Positions 27,834-36,304 of a stretch of 64,000 bases of DNA are shown one piece after another; within the stretch, counting starts at the first letter, position 1, and every line of letters begins with the position of its first letter. Origin of the DNA: Bacteroidales bacterium (GTDB lineage Bacteria > Bacteroidota > Bacteroidia > Bacteroidales > CAIWKO01); the NCBI GenBank assembly GCA_035389045.1, contig DAOORA010000001.1:9458-73457 (forward strand). Reading direction: 5' to 3'. The notes beneath the pieces are model-generated. The model saw only the letters and a list, made by a program, of their open reading frames with translations, searched no databases and was not told the origin of the DNA. Both the position numbers and the translations under genes were made by a program.

Positions 27834-29937
27834 TTTTCAGAAGGTCTCCAAATGCTTTTTTCTGTAAACGATCAATTATTTCTTTATAAGTGCCTTTTAG
27901 AATATCAAGTGATATACTAAATGGCAATGATTTTATCTCATTAAGTACCGGCTGAATTTCTGCTATTTCAATTTCTCTTATATCTTTAAATTCAGTTATA
28001 GCCTTTAACAGAGCTCTGCAAAATGAAGATTCATCCTTAACATTAATCCAATTTGCATGACCTATTATAAAACGATCAGGATGTATTTCCTTCGATGCAA
28101 AATGCTTTAAAATACTAGTATTGAACTTATCAAGAAAAGTCGCAACATCCTTTTCCTTTATTACACCTTTATAGTCAGGATACATCTCAATCAAATCAAA
28201 ACGTCTCAGCAGATTGTCTTCAATTATCTTTTTATCGTCACGATAATTGGAGGTACAGAAGAAATACAGATTGTCTGGAACTATGAGTTTTCGATATTTC
28301 GTTTCTGTGGCAACCAAGTAAGGAATTTTCACATAAAATATTTCTTTCTTTTTAAGTGATGTAAGCAACTCGAAAAATTCATCAATGTCCTTATATTCCT
28401 TGGTTGTGTCAATAAGTTTTTCATCAATAAGCTTTGTAATATTTGTTCTTTTTTCATCTTCTATAAGATAAATCAAGTCTCCAATTAATTCATTCAAACT
28501 GTTCTCCTGAATTTCTTCAAGAACAATAGCAAAAGGTTGGTAGGGTTTGGATATAGCTTCTTTCAGGTGGTGTAATATCAAACCTTGTTTTTCATGATAT
28601 TCAACCTGGCCCCGGGGTGATGATATGCCAATACCTTGCATTAAATCTGCATTTGATGATGCTGAATGAATATTTATTCGTAAAATGTTTGGATGCGTTA
28701 TTGAGTCAAACCCCAATTTTTTTAATAGGCTCACATTAATTAGCCGTGATTTTCCGGTACCTGGTACTCCTTTGAGTAAAATATTTTTATAAGGAAGACC
28801 AGGTTTACCATAAGGAGTAATATCAATTTTAAATGGTTCTTTGGGTTTCTCAAATTCTTGGGTCATTGTTTTTTCTTTGATTTCTTGATGTGTGTCAACT
28901 GAAGGGATGCTGTTATCAATGATTTTGACATCTGACAATTTGGTAAGGGCTTCTCCAATTTGGGATTCTATACTATCAATGTCAGCGGAATGTTTTGTGG
29001 AAACAGAATCGTCTACAAATTCATATGATTCAATAAATGAATCGCCTTCTTTTTGATAAGTTTTTTTTGAACCCTCACCGGACTTATAAGCAATATATAA
29101 CATTGGTCCGGATTTTGGAAAATATTCAAATACTGTTTTGAAATCGGAAAATAGATTATTGAAATTTTCAGCGTCACCATAAAAAACAATAAATCCGTCG
29201 GTATTTAAAACCTTATCAATTGTTGCCCTTACTTTAACAATATGTGTCTCGGTTCCTTTTTCCTTCGATTGTTTTGATTTATAAAAAACGTCATGGTAAT
29301 TGAATATTTTAATATTTTTTAAAATAGCAGCCAAGTCTGATTGCGACAATTCATCAGAATGAACTAATATTTTATGGCCCGAATATTTTACTTTTATTTT
29401 AGCGGTATCAACTCTAATTCCTTTCAAATAATCATCAAAAGAACCATCGAAAATAATAGATTTTTGTTTTTCGATTTTGGAGTCACCTTTTGTATAGGAA
29501 CCTCCTATCTGAGGATTAAAAATTACAACATCGGCTTTTTGTGATTTACCCCATTCAGACACATTAAGGAAATTTAAATTCGATAATTCCGCTTTACCCT
29601 TTGTGAATTCTGTAAGAACATCCTTATTCGATTCAATGTTGATGTCATTAAAGATGATTTTTTTAAATGAATCAATATTGTCCAACACTATATGTGATGT
29701 CAAATTACCGCTTCCAAAAGCGATGTCAAGAAATGTGTATTTGCTGAAATCAATTTTACTGAAAAAATCTATTTTTTTTAATAAATATCCAAAGAAAAGC
29801 GCCCTATCTTTAGCAATATCTTCGGGCACATAATAATATTCCTTGCAAACAGGATTACTGTTTTGTTTATTTGGATTTGACGGTTTATTATTAAAGTTAT
29901 TTATTTGTTGAAAAACCTTGTTTTTATCTGTCGCCAT
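27826..29937 (-). CDS. McrB-like AAA+ NTPase with an N-terminal class I methyltransferase-like domain (degenerate motif IV)
   Basis: C-terminal half: Walker A LLKGVPGTGKS, Walker B-like FAIVLEEIQEN, and FFCTSNYRDDKKIIEDNLLRRF (compare McrB NTAD...RRRF). N-terminal half: motif I FLDIAFGSGNL, IFNDIN, and motif IV position VIFNPQIGG instead of NPP(Y/F). Confidence 0.7.
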   Translation of the reverse strand: MATDKNKVFQQINNFNNKPSNPNKQNSNPVCKEYYYVPEDIAKDRALFFGYLLKKIDFFSKIDFSKYTFLDIAFGSGNLTSHIVLDNIDSFKKIIFNDINIESNKDVLTEFTKGKAELSNLNFLNVSEWGKSQKADVVIFNPQIGGSYTKGDSKIEKQKSIIFDGSFDDYLKGIRVDTAKIKVKYSGHKILVHSDELSQSDLAAILKNIKIFNYHDVFYKSKQSKEKGTETHIVKVRATIDKVLNTDGFIVFYGDAENFNNLFSDFKTVFEYFPKSGPMLYIAYKSGEGSKKTYQKEGDSFIESYEFVDDSVSTKHSADIDSIESQIGEALTKLSDVKIIDNSIPSVDTHQEIKEKTMTQEFEKPKEPFKIDITPYGKPGLPYKNILLKGVPGTGKSRLINVSLLKKLGFDSITHPNILRINIHSASSNADLMQGIGISSPRGQVEYHEKQGLILHHLKEAISKPYQPFAIVLEEIQENSLNELIGDLIYLIEDEKRTNITKLIDEKLIDTTKEYKDIDEFFELLTSLKKKEIFYVKIPYLVATETKYRKLIVPDNLYFFCTSNYRDDKKIIEDNLLRRFDLIEMYPDYKGVIKEKDVATFLDKFNTSILKHFASKEIHPDRFIIGHANWINVKDESSFCRALLKAITEFKDIREIEIAEIQPVLNEIKSLPFSISLDILKGTYKEIIDRLQKKAFGDLLKNA

Positions 29938-29940
29938 ACC

Positions 29941-31302
29941 TTAGCCTTTTAAAGTGTTTTGAATAATAAACTGCGCGTGATTTAAATATAATACTTTTAA
30001 ATGCAAACATAGTTGATTCATCTTTGTAAGCCTTTCAAAGTATTGTTCGAAAAATTGAGAGATTATTTTTTGAATTTCTATTGAGTTATACTTGCTATTA
30101 GAAATTGGAAAATTCACTTTGTACATCTTTATTACACCTGAATTTGCTCTTGGGTCTTTTGATTGAAAGAACATATTTCTGTTAAATAAATCCTTCATTG
30201 TATAATAAAAGTATTTAATAAAAACATCTGTTTTATTAGCTTCTTTAATTAACGCAGCATAATGATGACCGCCTACAACAAAGGGTTTGTTGTGATAAAA
30301 TGCTTTAGAACCCGCATCATTATCTTTGTTAAATGATACACTTTCCTCTTTTATGATGTCACTTTCTTTGGCTGGTTTTATATTTGGAACTGATTCAAGT
30401 GACCCTGTGTAAACATTATATTCACCTCTGTTTTTTGAATTATTGAAATATGATTTTGAGTAATCAGAACTACCACCAGATATATTAGTAAAATTATCTA
30501 TTAGCTTTTCTTCGAAATTAATGTCTTCCAATTTTAATTCAATACCTGATTTCTCACAGAAAGAATTAAATCTTTTGCATGCAGAAGATTGTTTGGAAAA
30601 AACATGCGGGATGATTATTTTATCAATATTTTCAATACACGACAGAATGAAATCAACCCTTTCAATATTTTTCTTATTTAAATTATTGAAATATTCAAAA
30701 AAGTCAACCAAGATTTTCTGAATTTTAAAAGAAGTATAAATATCATCAATAGATTTAGGAATGGTAATGTATCTTTGTTCTTCTGAACCTTTTGTCAAAT
30801 TGCCAAATTCCTTTTTCCCTTCAAGAGTGCGATATATCTCTTTTAAGCTATAGTAAATATATTTAACATCAAAAGCATCTTTAATAACAAGAGCTAAAAT
30901 ATTTTGATTAGTACACATTGGCAAACTATTAATTGCGAGTAATCCTTTACTGGCAGATGCCATTGCTATTAAAATACTATTTGATGGAACAAGCCAAGTC
31001 GAACTTGAATCGTATCCCTTTTTAGTAATAATCTTGGAATATTCAGTAATTATTCCTTTTTCAAATATTTCTTTATTTATATCCCGCCATCCAAAATAGT
31101 TTTTATTATCAACTAAAGAAAAATCGGACGCCCAATATTCAGGAACCTCTGTCTTCGGAGTTCCACCACTTTTTAAAGGCGTTTTGGCAATGTCCTTTAA
31201 TTGAACTTGTGAAAATTTTAAATGAGTAATATCGAAGTCTGGATACTTACCAGTTCTTTGCTGAAACAGTTTAAAGCGATCAATTATTTGCTTATTTACC
31301 AT
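29941..31302 (-). CDS. hsdS: Type I restriction-modification specificity subunit
   Basis: Two target-recognition halves (SGGTPKT...YW; ISGGSSDY), each followed by a conserved helix (QKILVDFFEYF and QKIISQFFEQYF). Overlaps hsdM by 7 nt. Confidence 0.75.
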   Translation of the reverse strand: MVNKQIIDRFKLFQQRTGKYPDFDITHLKFSQVQLKDIAKTPLKSGGTPKTEVPEYWASDFSLVDNKNYFGWRDINKEIFEKGIITEYSKIITKKGYDSSSTWLVPSNSILIAMASASKGLLAINSLPMCTNQNILALVIKDAFDVKYIYYSLKEIYRTLEGKKEFGNLTKGSEEQRYITIPKSIDDIYTSFKIQKILVDFFEYFNNLNKKNIERVDFILSCIENIDKIIIPHVFSKQSSACKRFNSFCEKSGIELKLEDINFEEKLIDNFTNISGGSSDYSKSYFNNSKNRGEYNVYTGSLESVPNIKPAKESDIIKEESVSFNKDNDAGSKAFYHNKPFVVGGHHYAALIKEANKTDVFIKYFYYTMKDLFNRNMFFQSKDPRANSGVIKMYKVNFPISNSKYNSIEIQKIISQFFEQYFERLTKMNQLCLHLKVLYLNHAQFIIQNTLKG

Positions 31303-32879
31303 GCTAAATCAACTAAATTTAACTCATCTAGAATTTTTTTCATTTCCGATTCAATTGCCTCAATATCATGCACTGTAACACTTTCTTTATTACCCACTTC
31401 CTTATTGATATTTATTCCAAAGCAATTTGCAGGATTAATATTTTTACAAATATAGGGATGTTCTTTCTTTTCGTTAAAATATTTCACGATCTTTTTAATT
31501 TCAGCATCTGAGTAGGCATTTTTCATTTTATCCTTTGACGCAGGGTGTGGGCCAAACATAGGCTCAACCGAATTATCTGCTTTAAGAATTTTAATATAAT
31601 CTGATTGTTGAGAATCGAAAAACCAAATGTGTGTGCTAATATCTGTATTGGTAAACATAGCGCTAGGTTGTTCCAGAATGGCTTTTACGATTTTCAGTTC
31701 AAATATTTTATTTCGAATTTTAGATTCAGAGGAAGTGCTGTTCCCTGTTGATGAAAGAGTGCTGGAGCTTATGATAGCGGCCAAAGCTCTCTTTTTTCTC
31801 TTTTTTTCGTTCAACATCATGTTTATAATATGCTGCATAAACAAGAACTGTCCATCACTTTTCTTAGGTGTTACGATATTCTTTCCATTTTTTACAACAA
31901 AAAAATGTGAATCTTTCGATTGCAAGTTTGCCAACACTTTATCATAATCCTGTTTCCAGTCAACCCCAAAAGGAGGATTTGAAATTATAAAATCGAAACT
32001 ATCCTCACCGTTTATACCATTGTAAAAGGCCGGTGCTGTTAGCGTGTTCCCATATGCGATGATGTTTTTTATTCCTTGTACATTACCATCAAGTGAAGTT
32101 ATTTCAAGAAATATCTTTGACAGCATCCATATTTGACCATTGCATTCCTGGCCATATACTTCAATTTTAGCATCTTTTATTTTTTTATGAAAATAATGAG
32201 CCGATTCCATTATCATGCTACCTGTGCCGGATGTAGGATCGTAAATTGCAATAGTGTCATTTACTTTAATATGTTTGAAAGCCATTTCGCATATCAAATG
32301 AATTATAGACTTCTGAGTAAAATGCTGCCCGGTATGGTCACCTGTAAGTTTATTTTTCATGCGAGCAACGGTTTTCTCATAGAGATCCTTGTATTCTTCC
32401 TTTGGAAAACCAATGAAATTTGCTTTGTACGTATATATATCAAGAACCATTTCAAGATAATTATTGGGTAGTTCCTCAATATAGGAATCCAAAGGGAAAA
32501 CTTTTGGATGGTTAATATACGCTAGAATGTTTTCACTTTCGCCGGGATTGTATTTTGCATCCTGTTTGAAATATTTCAAATTGCACCCCAGGTTTTTAAT
32601 ATCTGCAATGATATTTTTGAATGTTTGTTTGGTGTCGGTGGCTTTATATTTTGCATACAAACTATCAGGCAGCCCAAATTGTTTTTTATGTTCAAAATTA
32701 AACTTGAGTTTTTTATTATCAATAAGGAGTTTTAGTGCCATAAATGCCATAATGCGTTGGTCATATGTTGCTGCAGGAACACCAATACCTCTTATAATAT
32801 CAGCATAAGCCCAATAGAAGTCGCCTAACTTTTTTCCCTTTTCAAAAAGTTCTAAGGTGGCTTTTTTGTTTTTTTTCAT
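31296..32879 (-). CDS. hsdM: Type I restriction-modification N6-adenine DNA methyltransferase subunit
   Basis: HsdM_N-like N-terminus (FYWAYADIIRG...FMALKLLID), motif I YDPTSGTGSMIMES, motif IV IISNPPFGVDW. Confidence 0.85.
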   Translation of the reverse strand: MKKNKKATLELFEKGKKLGDFYWAYADIIRGIGVPAATYDQRIMAFMALKLLIDNKKLKFNFEHKKQFGLPDSLYAKYKATDTKQTFKNIIADIKNLGCNLKYFKQDAKYNPGESENILAYINHPKVFPLDSYIEELPNNYLEMVLDIYTYKANFIGFPKEEYKDLYEKTVARMKNKLTGDHTGQHFTQKSIIHLICEMAFKHIKVNDTIAIYDPTSGTGSMIMESAHYFHKKIKDAKIEVYGQECNGQIWMLSKIFLEITSLDGNVQGIKNIIAYGNTLTAPAFYNGINGEDSFDFIISNPPFGVDWKQDYDKVLANLQSKDSHFFVVKNGKNIVTPKKSDGQFLFMQHIINMMLNEKKRKKRALAAIISSSTLSSTGNSTSSESKIRNKIFELKIVKAILEQPSAMFTNTDISTHIWFFDSQQSDYIKILKADNSVEPMFGPHPASKDKMKNAYSDAEIKKIVKYFNEKKEHPYICKNINPANCFGININKEVGNKESVTVHDIEAIESEMKKILDELNLVDLAW

Positions 32880-33172
32880 GGTCTCTTCTTTTTTTGGTAT
32901 TCAATTTTTTGTTCGGCCAAGTGTAATGCATCGGTTCCAAAATCTTCTTCAGCTACTAATTTATATACCTTATCGGCAAGCCAAAGTGTCTGTAGATATG
33001 ATTGCTTAACTTTAAGAATCTGACTTATTTTTTTTAGATGATTTCTGTTAATAGGTTTTTCACCCTTTTCTACTTTACTAATAAATGCTGCATCTACTTC
33101 AATGAATCCCCCCAATTCCCGTTGTGACATTCCCATTTCTTCACGTATCAGTTTAATTTTTTCACCGAGCAT
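32876..33172 (-). CDS. XRE-family HTH regulator (controller-like), first gene of the R-M operon
   Basis: MSQRELGGFIEVDAAFISKVEKGEKPIN is a helix-turn-helix. ATGA overlap with hsdM. Confidence 0.8.
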   Translation of the reverse strand: MLGEKIKLIREEMGMSQRELGGFIEVDAAFISKVEKGEKPINRNHLKKISQILKVKQSYLQTLWLADKVYKLVAEEDFGTDALHLAEQKIEYQKKKRP

Positions 33173-33190
33173 AATTGACTAATTTTATAC

Positions 33191-33208
33191 TTGTCTAATA
33201 TTGGACAA
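33191..33208. promoter_or_regulatory. Candidate operator (inverted repeat TTGTCT-N6-GGACAA) upstream of the XRE gene
   Basis: ttgtctaatattggacaa lies 19-36 nt upstream of the ATG at 33172. Confidence 0.4.
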
Positions 33209-33299
33209 ATATATAAAATTTTATAAGAAAAAAAATTATTTAAAATTTTATTTGTTAGATTTGTTGAAATGGATGTTGTAATAATTGAATAAGATATGA

Positions 33300-33500
33300 G
33301 TGTCGGGGAAAATGTCAGGGAAAATATTAAAATTGATTACAGCAAATAAATGGATCACTATACCCGAAATGACTGCAATTATTGAAGTATCTGAGTGTTC
33401 AATTGAACGAAATATCCAAAAATTGCAGTCGGATAACAAATTGAAAAGAGAAGGCGCTGCCAAAGGGGGTTATTGGTCAATATTGCCGGGGGAAAATTAA
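33300..33500 (+). CDS. Small winged-helix DNA-binding protein
   Basis: KILKLITANKWITIPEMTAIIEVSECSIERNIQKLQSDNKLKREGAAKGGYWSI resembles the C-terminal wHTH of AAA-4/AlbA_2-type regulators. Start is either GTG 33300 or ATG 33312. Confidence 0.55.
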   Translation: MSGKMSGKILKLITANKWITIPEMTAIIEVSECSIERNIQKLQSDNKLKREGAAKGGYWSILPGEN

Positions 33501-33519
33501 TACATAAAATTAATTTATA

Positions 33520-33879
33520 ATGCAAAAAAAAAATCTTTTAAAGTTAGATTTAAGCGAATACAAAAAGAAAATAAAAGCGCTGCCCTTAACAAAGATTAAT
33601 AAATTTGATAATTTACTATCAGACCTTGCAAACTATGCTTATGACACGTATGAGTATGTAATAGAATTACCGGACAACATAGAGAATATTTCAAAAGACC
33701 AAGCGTCAAAAATGATAGAAGATTTGAATGAACTTAATAAGCAGGTAACACCACTGATGGACATTTTGTGTGATATGGATTATGAGAGCAAATACATGGA
33801 CAGGGCAACAGAAGTATTAGGAGGTATTGAAGATGATATCCCCGAACTTATTAAATTGCTGAGCCGTAAGTTAAAATAG
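33520..33879 (+). CDS. Hypothetical protein (119 aa), paralog of 36304-36693
   Basis: Collinear similarity: LDLSEY/LDFSEF, KFDNLL/RFENFL, DILCDMDYESKYMDR/DILYKINYDSKNMDR. An A10 tract covers codons 2-5. Confidence 0.55.
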   Translation: MQKKNLLKLDLSEYKKKIKALPLTKINKFDNLLSDLANYAYDTYEYVIELPDNIENISKDQASKMIEDLNELNKQVTPLMDILCDMDYESKYMDRATEVLGGIEDDIPELIKLLSRKLK

Positions 33880-33896
33880 ATGTTAACGGGATTTAT

Positions 33897-35012
33897 TTAT
33901 TGAGGCGGACAATCAAAAAGTCTCTCTTTGCAAAATCCGAAAAGTGCAGGATCGCCTAGGTTGTCTTTCAAGGAATATGAACATGTTGTACATCTGAACC
34001 AACTGAAAGATTCTTTCTTTTTGAAAATGATATCATCATACTCTTTTTTATAAATTACAAGGGTTTCATGCCCGCAGCAGGGACATTTCTTTATTGCGTG
34101 ATAATATTTGTATTTTGTTTCACATTCAGCATATCTGATGAATCTTCCAATTGGATTTTCATAATACGGCTCATGATATAATATGTTATTTTTTAAAGTT
34201 AAGTCCAGCCCATAAGCCGCACGACCCAATTCTTTAAGGTGCGCCAATTTAAGAAGTTTCACGCGGAGTTCATCAATTTTGGCATCATCATAAAAATCAT
34301 CGGTGTCAAATTTAATAGTATTGATCCCGTCAATTATTTTAATACCGGTAAATGTCTCAAAGTAATGCGGTTTGAAGCCATTAAGAATTGTTTTATCGTT
34401 TTCGAATACTTTTACAACCAAAGGAATAAGTTTTTGTGAAACCAGATAATCGAAGAGTAAAATATTAGGAATGGTTTTCCCATTATGCATTATCCTGTTG
34501 CGCCATCGGGCAAGATAATCCAATGAATCATCAATTAAAAACCTGAATTGATTTGCGACAGCATATTGAGTTTTGTGAAGATTCTTATCATAATACCTTA
34601 CGGCTTCTTTAAAACGTTCATAAGCACTGTTAAACTCTACAGATTCCATTCTTTCTGCCTCTGCCTCATTGTTGCAATATTTTATAGCATCCTTTTCTTT
34701 GCGAGGAAATTTTACTGCAAGAAAAGGGTTAATGCGATTTAAAATATCTTTTAACAGAAGTTCAAAAAACCTGTGAAAACTCAATATGGTTTGAACAATG
34801 CAGTCTGAATTATAAAAATCAAATGAAAGTGTATCGTGCTTCCACATTTTAAAATCAAGAAGCAAATGATACGAGTTTTTTATGTTTTTTACAGTTTGAA
34901 AATAATTAATGAACGCATCATCCAATGATTGATAGTATAGCGGAGGCGTATGCTCTGCATCTTTTGACAACTGACATTCGTTTTTTTTAAAGAAATCTGA
35001 GTTTGTATCCAT
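33897..35012 (-). CDS. HEPN-domain protein with C-terminal zinc ribbon
   Basis: Rx4H motif in LARWRNRIMHNG. C-terminal CPCCGH...CTTCSY is a four-Cys ribbon. 371 aa. Confidence 0.55.
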   Translation of the reverse strand: MDTNSDFFKKNECQLSKDAEHTPPLYYQSLDDAFINYFQTVKNIKNSYHLLLDFKMWKHDTLSFDFYNSDCIVQTILSFHRFFELLLKDILNRINPFLAVKFPRKEKDAIKYCNNEAEAERMESVEFNSAYERFKEAVRYYDKNLHKTQYAVANQFRFLIDDSLDYLARWRNRIMHNGKTIPNILLFDYLVSQKLIPLVVKVFENDKTILNGFKPHYFETFTGIKIIDGINTIKFDTDDFYDDAKIDELRVKLLKLAHLKELGRAAYGLDLTLKNNILYHEPYYENPIGRFIRYAECETKYKYYHAIKKCPCCGHETLVIYKKEYDDIIFKKKESFSWFRCTTCSYSLKDNLGDPALFGFCKERLFDCPPQ

Positions 35013-35064
35013 TTTATATCGTGATTATTTTGTTATCTTAAAGTTTCATTAATCAATGATGAGT

Positions 35065-35154
35065 CCACTCCGAAAAGTATGATTTTCTGCGACTTCCCAT
35101 TGGGATTAAGGACAAAAAGTCGCAGGATAAGATAAACGAAGCTTTTCGGAGTGG
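35065..35154 (-). promoter_or_regulatory. Long nested hairpin in the leader of the HEPN gene
   Basis: Perfect 13-bp arms ccactccgaaaag / cttttcggagtgg enclose 9-bp arms ctgcgactt / aagtcgcag. Located between the promoter-like motif (35303-35330) and the ATG at 35012. Confidence 0.5.
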
Positions 35155-35302
35155 GTTCAATGATAGTATTCATGTGTAAATAATTCTTAGAAGTCAATTC
35201 AAATCTGTATTGAAAAAATACCAGGCAGGTAAAATCATCCCAATAACATTGTTAACGACCTCCTGCCCGGCTAAGTAACAAAACGACACCAGCAAATTTA
35301 TT

Positions 35303-35330
35303 ATAGCAAAACGCAATGTATTTGCTTTTT
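35303..35330 (-). promoter_or_regulatory. Shared dyad motif copy 3, followed on the minus strand by a TAAATTTG -7 box
   Basis: atagcaaaacgcaatgtatttgcttttt. The minus strand reads TTGCGTTTTGCTATAATAAATTTG. Confidence 0.5.
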
Positions 35331-35336
35331 AAAAAA

Positions 35337-35996
35337 TTATCCAGATTCAAGTTCTATATAGGTTTTACCACCCAGGGATTTGATATAATCAATAAGATAG
35401 CCCGTATTAATAAGGCCGTGCAGGTATTCCACCTGTTCGAGAAGGTCGCAATAGTGGCATTTTTTTACTGTAATTTCAATTGTTTTCATTTTCTCACTCC
35501 GGCAGTCATCGCCACATCTGTGCCTTACCGCTTCTTCCGGAAGCTTAAAATCAAAATCGACTGAAGTTGCGTCTGCATATTTTAACTCGGCAAAATCGAG
35601 ACAAGTATAGTCCCGTATCATAAGATCATCACCAACTTCTTTTTTAATGAATTTTTTAGTTTCAAATGAATAACGATCACCAATAAAATCAATACCGGCA
35701 CCTTTCTGTAAAAAATAATCAAAAAGTTTACGGGAAGATTTATCAACAGCGAGAGAAAGAAAAGTAGGCGCATAATGCTTGATATTACAATCAAGGGGTA
35801 AATCCTTATCAATAATGACATCGAATATTTTAACATAGAAATCAAAATCAAAATCGTTATAATGACCGTCAATAATGTTAATAAGAAAGTTTTGTATCCT
35901 ACGCCTTGATGCATTAACAATGAATTTTTCCCAATCAGCAAGGAAGGCATCAAAATCTTTTGATTTAATGTGTTTTACTAAAGTATAGGTTATCAT
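35337..35996 (-). CDS. Hypothetical protein, possible ankyrin-like repeat (219 aa)
   Basis: TFLSLAVDKSSRKLFDYFLQKGAGIDF resembles an ankyrin repeat. Last gene of a four-gene operon (ATGA overlap). Confidence 0.4.
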   Translation of the reverse strand: MITYTLVKHIKSKDFDAFLADWEKFIVNASRRRIQNFLINIIDGHYNDFDFDFYVKIFDVIIDKDLPLDCNIKHYAPTFLSLAVDKSSRKLFDYFLQKGAGIDFIGDRYSFETKKFIKKEVGDDLMIRDYTCLDFAELKYADATSVDFDFKLPEEAVRHRCGDDCRSEKMKTIEITVKKCHYCDLLEQVEYLHGLINTGYLIDYIKSLGGKTYIELESG

Positions 35997-36304
35997 AGTT
36001 TTTTATTATCCCTTTTAGGTTTATTCATTTTATTAAGTTTCCTTATGAGTTCAAATGTTGGTTTAGGAAAAAGCTCATAGTCGCACAAAAGATGCAACCA
36101 TGCCTGGGTTACCGCCTGAGGATCATCGAATAATAATTCTACGGATTTGATTTTGGCAAGGTTGTTATCTGCAAAACGGTGTAAGTGCAAATATTTGCCT
36201 GTATTCAAATCCATAAAAGCATCCACACTGGGGTTGTGATAGCCGGTGAGGAAATTGCAAAGGATTCTTTCAGCGGAACCAGTTATGTAATTTTTGTTGT
36301 TCAT
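35993..36304 (-). CDS. Hypothetical protein (103 aa)
   Basis: Clean ORF with overlapping stop/start on both sides. Confidence 0.45.
   Translation of the reverse strand: MNNKNYITGSAERILCNFLTGYHNPSVDAFMDLNTGKYLHLHRFADNNLAKIKSVELLFDDPQAVTQAWLHLLCDYELFPKPTFELIRKLNKMNKPKRDNKKL

Noticed and set aside
33248-33463. 71-aa minus-strand ORF
   Set aside because: It is antisense to the better-supported wHTH gene, and its sequence is hydrophobic and low-complexity.
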